Shown here: one piece after another, positions 53,417 to 64,000 of the stretch
How positions within the stretch are numbered: position 1 is the first letter of the stretch
Layout of the letters: the number at the start of each line of letters is the position of its first letter
Source: Vicugna vicugna
Taxonomy: Eukaryota
NCBI GenBank assembly: GCA_013265495.1
Contig: MU062811.1
Span: forward strand, 4,125,462 to 4,189,461
DNA length: 64,000 bases
Direction of reading: 5' to 3'
The notes under the pieces: generated by a model
Database searches by the model: none
What the model was told of the DNA's origin: nothing
The model's input: only the letters and a program-made list of their open reading frames with translations
Translations under genes and position numbers: made by a program

Positions 53417-55699
53417 CGTATATAGTCAGGGGGGAGGAAGAAGGAATTCTGAAATAAGATTGCTAAATCAGATACAAAATTGGTCAATATCCTATAGAGC
53501 AATTTTTTTCCAAAGACCCAAAACCCCTAGGGTGTATTGTTTACTGGGTAGAATCCTCTGTCATGGAAGAACTGTGCCCATCTTTCTGCTTTATACCCAC
53601 TACAGGGGAACACTAGCCAAGGGGATGGAAATTCAGGTTTGTGGTCCCTCCTCAGACCTGGTCTGACTTATACCGGATCTGCGGGGTCCTGCCCAGGCCA
53701 AAAACTGATGACAGACTTGATTAGTGAAAGTTTGATTTGGTCACAGCTTTAGGCTGCACTGACCTTGGACTGAGCAGCCCTCCTGTCCTAAGACTCCACC
53801 CTCCCCGACTCCAGGTTCCCAGGCATCCCCTACCACCCGCTTCCTGATCGGTTCTTGCCCAGTGGCCTAGCTAACCGGTGACCCAGCTGTACAAATAGCC
53901 ATCTTGCCATTTTCCTGAAGGGAATTATCTGATAGAGAGATTGAGGGGAATAGTTGTCTCCACAGCTAAATGGTTAAATCAATTTAACCACTTAAGGACT
54001 CCTATCAATAAGATACAGTCACTACATGGTCCCATTTGGTAGGTGGCAGTTTTAATAAGCAAAGGATTATCTTGGGCGCTGAAAGACAGTAGTTCTCTGC
54101 ATCCACTTGCCAGAATAATAAAATTTATATAGAGGCCTTAACTGAGTTCAGTCACGTATTCAGTCCAGATGGTCCCAACACCACCTTACTCTCTCAAGGC
54201 CATGTCCTTAAAACAGCTCCTAGGGTGGAGCATACATTCTGAAGGCAGGGGAGGGGGTGAGGAACCCCCAGTTGCCCGGGTGAGCTAGCAGGTCAACTGG
54301 TGGTCACACCCTCTCAGTGCCCTCCTCCAGCAGTGTATAACTAATGCACTTCATATAAACTCATAGGAGCTGAAGCTTCATAGAAGTGGAATTCTACAGT
54401 ATGTTATCTTTTGTGTCTGTCTTCGTTTGTTCATCTTTATGTCTGTGACAGTCATCCATGTTGCTACAGGTAAGAGCATGTAAAAGTAGTCTGTTCTTTT
54501 TATTGCTGTTTAAATATTCCACCATTTATTTAAGAAACAAAACAAACAAAAAAAAACCTTCCTTTAAAAAGCCTCCAGCTTCCCAGCCTAGGAAAGCAAG
54601 CACATGTGCTACATCCACACTGCGCAGCTACAGGGAATGGAGAGGCGACAGGCCCCCAGTTATCAGCCACAAAAGTGCTGCCGGATGTCCCAAGGCATCC
54701 TGGCCACAGCCCAGCAGCCGGGGGCCCCAGCTTCGCCCTGAGCTTAGTTCCTGTCACCACTCCTGTTGACTCTGCACAGTCAGGAAGGCCTTTTGAAGGG
54801 ACAGTCCTGCAGCAAAGCTGTGTGGGTCCCAGGGCATTACCAGGTCTTTTAATTCACAGACACACACACACGCACATGCACACTCACATTTCCCCCAGAA
54901 CTACTAGTCAAAGCAGAACACCGTGTCAGTCACCAGCTGTGCCCAGATCTTCCAGGCCCGCATGTCCTCAAGGCGCTGGGACTGGGGTGGCAGACCAACC
55001 TCTTGTGTCCCCATGGTCCCATCTCTCTTGTGAGGGACAGAATGGGACGCCTCTCTCTTGGCTAGTGAGTCGTGGTACAACCTCAGGTTTGAGGTGGCCC
55101 ATTTCCCTGCATTCTAACCCAGCTTCACCACGAGCCAGCTTCTGTGACCTTAACCAAGGAACTGGACACGCTTCTTCATCTGTAAAATGGGGTTGATCAC
55201 AGCGCTCACCTCAGAGGCTCTTGGGGGGACTGATGATGTAGTGTGAGCCTGGCCAGTTGTCAGCGTTCAGGGATTGGTAGCGATTATTGGCTGACCTGTG
55301 TATCTACCCACATCTTGGACTGGCTTCAGGGGAAGCAAGTTGGGGTACCTCCACTCCCAGCAGGCTCCCCACTCCTGCCCAGCCTAAAAGATCTGCCACT
55401 CCTGCCTGAGAGGGTGGCCGAATCCTGCAGCCGGCAGCGTCACCCTCCCTCCCGGGGCATCATCCTTCAGAAACAGCCTGCTCTGGTGGTCTGTTAGATC
55501 CCACTGCCCCGTCTCATGAGGGCACCTGCGCTGTGCAGGCCCCGCCCAAGGCTGGCACAGCAATCTTGCTGAGGCTTGTTCCGATAGGGGCTGTTTCTCA
55601 GGGATTCTGTGCCCACCTTTTGTGTCCCTTGTGGTGGCCCCAGACACTCCTTAATACCAGACACCAGAGTTGAGGAGCTGTGCTCTTTCAGGTCAGTTT

Positions 55700-57130
55700 T
55701 TCATCTATTCTGCAAATATTTCTTGAGTGCCTCCTCTATACCAGGCACTGTTCCAGGCTCTGAAGATTCAGTGGGGAATAAAAGAAGGATCCAGGCCCTG
55801 GGAGAACTCGCATTCTACAAGGGGAGACAGGAGATAATTAAAAGTCAGATGGTGATAGAGGCAATGGAGAAAAACGAAGCAGGAGAAGGGAGAGGAAGCC
55901 TGAGGGGGTAGAAGGCACACACTTTACACAGAATGGCAGTGAAGATCTTGGGCAGAAGTGATGTTTGAGCAGAGAGATGGAGGACCTGAGGGAGGAGTCA
56001 CAACTGAATTTAAAGCCATGAGATCACCTGGGAAATGGGTGCAGCTAGAGAAGCAATCCAAGGCCAGGCCCTGGGCCACTCTGCCACTGAGAAGTCAGGA
56101 GATGAGGACAGCCCAGCACTGGAGACTGAAAAGGCAGGAGGGAAACCGGGTGCATAAGAGGTCCTGGAAGCTAGGTGACCAAAGCACTTAAGGACAATGA
56201 GGTGATCAGCTGTGCCAGGTCAAGTAAGAAGACAAGGTTGAGCAACATGGAGTGAAGTGGACATTTCCCAGGGCAGTTTTAGTGGGGTGCTGGGTAAAGC
56301 CTGACTTGGAGCGGCCTCAAGAGAACAGGAGGAGAGGAACTGGAGAAAAGCATGGTCAACTCTTCTGAGGGGTTTTATCATAAAAGGGGACAGAAAAGTG
56401 GGACAGTAGCTGGAGGAGCAGGTGGAATTGAGAGATTTTTTTAAAAGATGGTGTTAAACATCATGAATATGTGCTTTAGGTGGGTGGAAATGATCCACTA
56501 AAGAAAGCGGGGAGCAGAAGGACTTGCTGGGGCTACATCCTTGAGCAGTGAGGGGTCGGGCTCTGGGGTGCAGGGGAGAGGCTGCCTTAGACGGGTGGAC
56601 CACTCATCGCAGTGATGGGAGAGAGGGCCAAGGAGACGCGGTAGGGATGTGTAGCTTGAGCAGTGATGTTCCTTATGATTTTCTCAGTGAAACAGGAAGC
56701 ACAGTCAGCTGCTGAGAGTGAAGGGGGAGAATGTGTTGGAGGCTTGAGATGAGAGCAGGCAGTGTGAAGTCGCTGTCTAGGAGCATGGGAGAGTAGACCA
56801 GGGGAAGATGGTAGGACTTCCAGGCAGCACTATGGGCCACTTGAGGGCTAGGATCATAAATTTAAAGCGAGATCAGTGAGGTCATGTGACTCCACAGGCA
56901 CATTCAGGGTCAGGGGTACAGGTGCAGAGTAGGTGGAGGGTCAGATGCAACCAGGTCAGTTTTTCTAGCGAATGTGACCAAAGCAGAGTAGATGAAGGAG
57001 GTTGAGATGGCTTGCAAGGGACTTGGGCTGGGCAAAGAGGGAGGTAAACACACGAGGGAGGTGAGGGAGAGTGGAAAGGAGCTAGCACCAATAGACTGAC
57101 AGTCCTGGAGGGATGGAATAAAGCTCTGAG
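55700..57130. mobile_element. L2 fragments (similar pieces at about 14580-15110, 27800-28560, 40090-40760, 41150-42140, 45200-46170)
   Basis: Degenerate L2-like text (AAATATTTCTTGAGTGCCTCCTCTATACCAGGCACTGTT..AGG; GATGTTTGAGCAGAGA). By-eye call. Confidence 0.5.
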
Positions 57131-57178
57131 TTACAGTGATCGAGGGAGTGAGGTGGGAAGTTGAAAAAGAAGTCAAAC

Positions 57179-57337
57179 GAAGGAGGCTATAGCTCAGTGG
57201 TAGAGTGCATGCTTAGCACGCACCAGGTCCTGGGTTCAATCCCCAGCACCTCTGGTAAAAAATAAATAAATAAACCTAATTACTGCCCCCCAAATAACTT
57301 CATTAATTTAAAAAATGAATGCATTTTTTAAAAAAAG
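57179..57337 (+). mobile_element. tRNA-Ala-derived SINE (Vic-1-like), copy 2
   Basis: Same head and AATAAACCTAATTAC tail. Imperfect 15-bp TSD (57164-57178 vs 57338-57352, 2 mismatches). Confidence 0.88.
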
Positions 57338-57988
57338 AAAAGGAAGTAAAACTATATTAGCTACCTGAAGTGATTTCCATCAACACCCATGAAGAGAGGG
57401 GCCATCCCATCCTCCCAGCCAAGATGGGGAAAGAAGATTGATCAAGTTAGTGTCTAATGCCTACAGCAATGTAGGCCTCAGCTGACTCCAGCAGCCTGAG
57501 CCAGAGTTCTTGAGTGTCACTCACTCAGATGTGACACACTCTTGGCCAGATGTCATGTCTGTAGTTTCACATGTTCAAGTCTCTAAATCCTTCCAGGAGG
57601 GGGTGGGGCAGGACCATGGACCTGCTGTCTCATGGTGCCATCACCACGTCTGTTCCTCAGCTTATCAGCTGACCTTGACATCTTGCCGGCTTCCTGGCTC
57701 TCCTCCCGTGCCCTCAGAAGGAATGTGTATGCTCCCCACACTGCCAGGCTTCTGGTAAGATCATGTCCTGGGTGCTGATAATCATCTCTCCAAAAACTGT
57801 GGCTTTTTGGTGCGCCTCCCTAACGTCCCTGATCACACCGTACCCGAGTCCTGACATGCGAACATGCTAACCCTCCTGACCAGCAGCACGAGGGGAATGG
57901 GCACGGTGGTGCGGGTGAACGAGGTTGTAAGCAGCAGGAAGGGTGCTGCTCTGAGAGGGTACTTTGGAATCATGCGCATGTGCGTGCG

Positions 57989-58012
57989 CACACACACACA
58001 CACACACACACA
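57989..58012. repeat. (CA)12 microsatellite preceded by alternating TGCGCATGTGCGTGCG
   Basis: Direct read. Confidence 0.9.
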
Positions 58013-59345
58013 CTCACAAAGTCTACCATGCTAGCTCCTACAGATCATCAGATATCTTTGGGTTAATGAGTTGCAGCCTGGCTGGACTCCCAAGGCAGGA
58101 CAGGATGGTGGGCGAAAGGAGTCACACTTGAGCCCCAGGGACCTTCCCAGCCCTGCCTGGCTCCCAGTGAAGTCTGAAAGATGCCCAACACTTAGAATGA
58201 GCACATCGTGTCCCCCCCCCCTCAGCCCTTGCACACCTGGGCCATCTGCATGGGTGGCCTGCCCTTTGCCTACTGCACACACAATGCCTTTTCATCCCTG
58301 GAAGTTCCCCTCAAATGTTCCCTGCTGGACAGAATTTGTTGTTCTCCACTGTGAGCACCCTGGTCCTCCCTCTACAGGTGCACTCACCACATGGTTGACC
58401 CCAAAGCCTGTCTGGCTCTCCTGCTGGACTTGAGTTCCTGGGCATCTTGGCTTCCCCAAGGCCTGGCATGGATCTGGCATGGAGCTGAATAAATGAAAGA
58501 TGCTTGCAGGTATAAGGGAAGGAGTCAGTAAATGGATGGATGGAAGGATGGGGGGGAGTGGAAGGGTGGATAGGAGAATGGGTGGATAGATGGGTAGGTA
58601 GGTGGATGAACAGATGGATGGATTCCAGATGGAGTCTGGGGATGGAGGAGGAGGTCACTTTGTCAAGAAAGTGTGGGCTTCCCCAGCTCCGGTCTCTAGA
58701 ACAGTCTTCCTTGCTAAGTGTCCCACTTCCTCCCATAAGCTAGGGCCCCTGCAGGATGCAGAGACTTCTGGGTCCCTCTTCTTTGCTTAGCTCTAGGCTT
58801 AGCATTTTAGGAGATCAGATGAGGCAGGAGTGGCTAAAATGTACTGAGTTCCCACTACGTGCCAGACATTGGGCTAGATGTTTTTATAGATATGGTCTTG
58901 TTTAATGAAAACAGCACCCCAGTTTTGTGAAACAGATTCTATTATCCCATTGTACAGCTAAGAAATCAGGCTCAGAGAAGCTAAGTGAATTGCCCAAAGT
59001 CACATAGCTTATGTCTAGCAAGGATGGGATTTGAACTTAAAACTCACTCAGGTAGCCAGGGCTGGATGTGCTGGAGATCGAATGACACCAGGGAAACAGA
59101 GGCAGGGATGGCGGGCAGCAGGCCCAGGCCTGCTCTGGAGACAGGGGCTCTGAGTTCTAGTCCTGACTTGGTCTTTTTTACTGAGAGATCGTAGGTGAGA
59201 CTTTGTCTCCCTCCGAGCCTCAGTGTCCATGTGTGGGCTTGATGCCCGTTAGAGGTGTCTTCCAGGTGAAAAATGAAATTGAGGTGGATGTGAAGCACTC
59301 CCGGCCTTCTCTACAGGAGATCCTTTACTTTCCTGGCAAGCTAGC

Positions 59346-59407
59346 GGCCAAAGGGCAGGGCCAACCATTAGATAATGGTTAACTGGACCCAACGCCTCAT
59401 CTATAAG
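59346..59407 (+). promoter_or_regulatory. Candidate NAALADL1 proximal promoter: HNF4-like DR1, GATA, HNF1-like and TATA-like motifs
   Basis: GGCCAAAGGGCA 59346-59357, AGATAA 59370-59375, GATAATGGTTAAC 59371-59383, TATAAG 59402-59407, all within 95 bp of the ATG. Confidence 0.55.
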
Positions 59408-59438
59408 GAGCCATCCCAGCTGGCCAAGACTCCACAGG

Positions 59439-62400
59439 ATGCAGTGCGTGAAGGTGCTTGGAGGGGTGGTGGGGGCCGCTGCCCTCTTGGGGCTGGGGAT
59501 CATCCTGGGCCACTTTGCCATCCCCAAGGGGACCGACTCGCCAGCCCCCAGTGTCTCAGTTCCCCAGGACCTGGACCTGGAGCTCCTTGAGACCGTCATG
59601 GGACAGCTGGATGCCAACAGGATCCGGGAGAATCTTAGGTGAGAGGCCTGCCCACCTGCCCCTCCTGTTTGCCAGAGGCCCCTCCTTGACCCTGGGCCTG
59701 CATGTCCACCCCGCCCTCCATGCAGAGAACTCTCCAAGGAGCCGCACCTGGCCACCACCCCCCGGGACGAGGCGCTGGTGCAGCTGCTGCTGCAGCGCTG
59801 GCAGGACCCAGAGTCAGGCCTGGACTCAGCCAGGACCTCTGAGTACGAAGTGCTGCTGTCCTTCCCCAGCCAGGAACAGCCTAATCATGTGGACGTTGGT
59901 GAGGCCCTGCTCTGGCTTGGGGATGCCTGTGGGCTGGGGGAGCTGCCGGGCCCTGCCCTGACCTTGCCCTCCCTCCACAGTGGGGCCCACTGGGGACATC
60001 ATCCACTCCTGCCGACGAAGCGAAGAGAACCTGACTGGGGAGCAGGGGGGGCCCGATGTGGTGCCACCCTATGCTGCCTATGCTCCCCCTGGAAGCCCTC
60101 AGGTGGGCCTAGGACACCCCCTTCCCGCTGCCATAGCTCAGCTCCCCCGGGCTCCCACCCCAGCTTCTCTCATCCTGACCCAGGTGCAGTTAAAGAAAAG
60201 TGCCTCAGCTGGGGCTCAGCCCTGCCTCCCCCTCAGAATTTACTCACCTCCACATTCCAGTACTACTCTTTTTGCCCATCACTTAGTCATTCAACAAACA
60301 CTAACAGGCCGTGCTCAAGGGCAGGCCTAATACAGGATACCTGGACACAGAGCACAGAGGAAACCAGGTGTGAATTTGTCTGGGGAGCTTATAAGCACTG
60401 GGTGAGGCAGGGGAACAGACTCCAAATCCTTCATCCTGCCACTCCACCTTCCCTCTTCTTTCCCCACTGCCTTTCTGGGGCCTGGCTCTAAGGGTCACTT
60501 TGTCTTGGGAATAGGGCCTCCTTGTCTATGCCAACCAGGGCACGGAAGAAGACTTCATGTGGCTATCCAATCAGGGCATCCAACTCCAAGACACCATCGT
60601 TCTGACCCGCTATGGGGGTATAGGGCGCGGGGCCAAGGTAAGCAGCTGCTGCCCGTGAAGGGGGCTGGGTGGGGAGAGGGGCCCAGCAGTGGGCAGTGAG
60701 GAGAAGAGGATGGAGCTGTGCTGAGTGCTGGACCAAGGGCTCAGGGCCAGAGAGGGTGACTCCTTCACCCACCAGGCCTGCGTTGGGACTCAGCCCAGCC
60801 AGACTCCAGCCCACTGAGTGGCCCAAAGAGCACTTACATGCTGTGAGAACTTGGATGCCTCCCTAACTTCCCTGAGCCTTAGGAAATAAAGGAATTGGGC
60901 ACATTTTTCAGCTCTGATATCCTGGAAGTGCTTGTCTAAGTCCTCCTGGGAGGTAGTTGTTCTGAATATTCAACTTAAATCCCTCCTGTTGTCCCCACCC
61001 CCCTCCCCCTGCAACTTGCTTCTTTTCAATACAGAATTTTGACTAAGGATGACATGTCTATGGTTTTAAAACGTTTACTTATTTATTTTAAATGTTAAAA
61101 GGTATAGAGTGAGAGAGGGGACTAGGGAGCTTGTGTTCAGTAGGTAGAGTTTCAGATTTCCAAAATGAAAAAAGTTCTGGAGATTAATGGTGGTGACGGT
61201 AGCACAATATTGGCAATGTAGTGACTGCCACTGATCTGTACACTTTAAAACGGTTAAGATAGCACATTTTATGTTTTGTGTATTTTATCACAATTTTAAA
61301 AGAGGTGCCCATGATGAGAGCTGGGGGTTGAAAAAAAGGAAAGAAAAGAGAAGAAAAGAAAGGGGAACAGGCCTGGTGGAATTATACAGATTATGGAATT
61401 TCCAGTTTAAAAAAAAAAAGGTATAGAATGAAAAAGTTTTCCCATAATGCCATCCTCCAAAGAAGTAGCTTTTTAAAAAAATTTTTTTTATTTTTTTAGT
61501 TGATGGGATATCTATCAGAGTTTTGGGGGAAGAAGAGCATATGAAGATATTTCCTTATTTCCCTCTTTTTTTTATATAAAAGTAGCATACAGAGGTAGGG
61601 TATAGCTCAGTGGTAGAGTGCATGATTAGCATGCATGAGGTCCTGGATTCAATCTTCAGTACCTCCATTAAAAAAATTTTTTTTAAATAAATAAACCTAT
61701 TTACCTCCACATCCGCCCACAAAAAAAGTAGCATACAATACCTACTGTTCTGAGCTGTGCTTTTTTCACTTTAACACATCCTGGAGATCATTCTTAATTG
61801 GCACATAAGCTCTGTCCTTGTTCTTTTTTTTTAATGTATTGTTTTGTTTTTATTGTCCTAAAATATATGTAACATAAAGTTTACCATGTTAACCATTTTT
61901 TAAATGTACAATGCAATAGCATTAAAAACATTCACAATATTGTGCAACCATCACGACTCTCCATTTCCAGAATGCTTTCATTATTCCAAAAGAAGCTCTC
62001 ATTATTCCCATTAAAAACTAACTCCCTTGTATTCCCTCCCCAGTCCCCATTAAACTCTATTTGACTTTCTATCTCTATGAATTTGCCTATTCCAGGTACC
62101 TCATTCATAAGAGGAATCATTGCTATTTGTTCTTTCGTGTATGTTATTTCACTTAGCATAGTATTTTCAAGGTTCACTGATGTATCAGAACTTCATTCCT
62201 TTTTAAAGCTTAGTAATATTCCCTTGCACGTTGTATACTATGTTTTGCTTATCCATTTATCAGTAATGGACAATTGGGTGGTTTCTGCTTTTTGGCTACT
62301 GTGAATAGGGCTTATATAAACATGGGTGTAGGAGCACACCCTCCTTTTATACAGCTGCATAGTGCTCCGCTGTAGGGTGCCTTGGTTCATTTAATGGCCC

Positions 62401-63903
62401 CTTTGATGAGCACTGGCTTGTCTATGCCCAACAGTATTTGCTATCTCAGGCAGCACTACAACAAATGACTTGTGTAAGCACTGTCTTGCCAGTGGGAAGA
62501 CAGCTCTGTCCTGGCTTCCACAGGGAGGGAGGAAGGAAAAGGAGCAGGACATGCCCCTTTCTTGCCCCTCCCCTAAACACAGCCTTCCCTGCCCACCCCT
62601 GCAGGCTGTGAATGCCGCCCAGCACAGGGTGGCTGGGCTGCTGGTGTACACAGACCCTGGCGACATCAACGATGGGAAGAGCTTGCCAAATGAAACCTTC
62701 CCGCACTCCTGGGGCCTGCCTCCCTCAGGGGTCGAGCGAGGCTCCTACTTTGAGTATTTTGGGGACCCCCTGACTCCTTACCTTCCAGCCAACCCCTCCT
62801 CCTTCCGCCTGGACCCTGCCAATGTCTCCGGGTTTCCTCCAATTCCCACTCAGCCCATTGGCTTTGAGGATGCAAAAATCCTTCTTTGGTGAGCTTGTGC
62901 CCTGGGGTTCCCTGCCCACCCTCCAGTGGCCCCCAAACTTCAACCCCCATATCCATATTTGCTCTGAAGGGCCTCCTCCTCCTCCTCCTCCCTAGTAACC
63001 TCCAAGGAATCTTGGCCCCAGCTGCCTGGCAGGGAGGATTAGGCTGTGACTACAGATTGGGGCCTGGCTTCCAGCCAGATGGTATCTTCCCAGCAGGCAG
63101 GTAAGACAGGGGCCTCCCTCTTCCCCCAAACCCTCCCCTTCTCTCCCCTTGTTATGCTTCTTTGACCCTGGGTTTCCTCTCTGCTCACTTCAAGGCCTGG
63201 GCCGGTCCCTTTCTTCTCTCTTCCAACCGTCCCTGATTCCAAAATATCTGTCTTTGGGGAAGCCTGTGAAACAAGGCTCTTTGGGGTTTCCCCCACCTCA
63301 TCTTGGACCTCCATTTTCCAGCCACCTCCTCTCTTGAACACACCAAGCTCGTTCCTAAGTCAGGGTCTCTGAACCTGTCCCCTCTGATGGGAACATCCCT
63401 CCCTCCGCCAGTCCTGGCCTGCACTAACCTCTCTCCGTACCACCAGGTACCCGAGTCTCACCCATTAACTCGTCAGTGTCCTCCCAAGCCCCTTCACCGC
63501 CTGCAGTGGTTCACTTCCCCGGGGTCTGTCTCCGTCAGGAGATGGCGGCCCCACGAGGGCGGGGCCCATGTCTGTCTCAGTCATTGCCCAGAGCCTGGTT
63601 CGGTGCCGGCATACACTAAATATCCCATGAGTGAGTGAGTACAAAGGGGAATTGGAATCGTAAGACCTGAGTTCTGGCCTCACAGCCTCTCCCGGTACTT
63701 CCGGGAAAGTGACTTTGCCAGGTCCTTTTCCTGCTCTGGGCCTGTTTCTCCCACAATGGTGGTGGTGGGGAAGTGGGCGGTGCCGAGACTCCTGTCGGCC
63801 CTCTTCGCTCCCCCCAGCCAGGTGAACATGAGCATCTACAACCGCCTGGAGCTGCGGAACTCCTCCAACGTCCTGGGGATTATCCGCGGGGCTGTGGAGC
63901 CTG
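59439..63903 (+). CDS. NAALADL1: N-acetylated alpha-linked acidic dipeptidase-like 1 (ileal aminopeptidase, M28B family); 5' part only, continues beyond the window
   Basis: Exons 59439-59638, 59726-59898, 59981-60102, 60515-60637, 62605-62888, 62996-63100, 63818-63903. Type II signal anchor [19 protein letters not shown]-domain LVYAN.G..EDF...[15 protein letters not shown], then [15 protein letters not shown]. Confidence 0.96.
61592..61723 (+). mobile_element. tRNA-Ala-derived SINE (Vic-1-like), copy 3, in NAALADL1 intron 4
   Basis: Same head and tail. Perfect 14-bp TSD AAAAGTAGCATACA at 61578-61591 and 61724-61737. Confidence 0.9.
61830..62325 (-). mobile_element. L1 3' end fragment (L1MB-like), antisense in NAALADL1 intron 4; a second sense fragment lies at about 61130-61300
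   Basis: Reverse complement reads like the L1 segment at 46400-46700 (ATGAACCTTGAAAATACTATGCTAAGTGAAATA). Confidence 0.75.
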
Positions 63904-64000
63904 GTGAGCACCCCCTCACTGCTCCCTGCGCCCCCAGGACCCGGCCGGACTCTGGGAGCCCCGACCACGCCCCCTCCGCCCGGCCGGCCTGACCCCGCCC

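Noticed and set aside
53450-54330. Repeat-poor stretch that might be an ERV internal fragment or an old pseudogene
   Set aside because: The one minus-strand segment I translated has stops and no motif I could identify. It needs a Dfam/tblastx search before any call.
57511-57541. Short inverted repeat GAGTGTCAC...GTGACACACTC
   Set aside because: The stem is short and imperfect; this is expected by chance in 64 kb.
59778-60491. 237-aa ORF in NAALADL1
   Set aside because: It begins in exon 2 and reads through introns 2 and 3; it is not a separate gene.
61932-62177. 81-aa minus-strand ORF; similarly 46145-46675 on the plus strand
   Set aside because: Translation of degenerate L1 3' ends.

Overview
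Mammalian genomic DNA with spliced genes, syntenic with human 11q13.1 in reverse orientation. Three tRNA-Ala-derived SINEs resemble the camelid Vic-1 family, so the source is probably a camel or alpaca relative (inference). Gene order: SYVN1(+), MRPL49(-), FAU(+), ZNHIT2(+, intronless), TM7SF2(-), VPS51(-, with an RPL35A retrocopy in intron 2), TMEM262/CATSPERH(+), ZFPL1(-), CDCA5(+), an unassigned multi-exon leucine-zipper gene candidate (+, about 50.2-52.5 kb), and the first 7 exons of NAALADL1(+), which runs off the window. Exon structures were reconstructed by hand from GT-AG boundaries. Gene names come from recognising the translations from memory, not from a database search. Five N-gaps hide coding sequence. 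The most interesting item is the candidate gene between CDCA5 and NAALADL1: five consecutive phase-compatible exons encoding an uninterrupted five-heptad zipper, which I cannot assign to a known gene; its 5' end is unresolved. Repeat family calls and boundaries are by eye and approximate. There are no prokaryotic features or CRISPR arrays.
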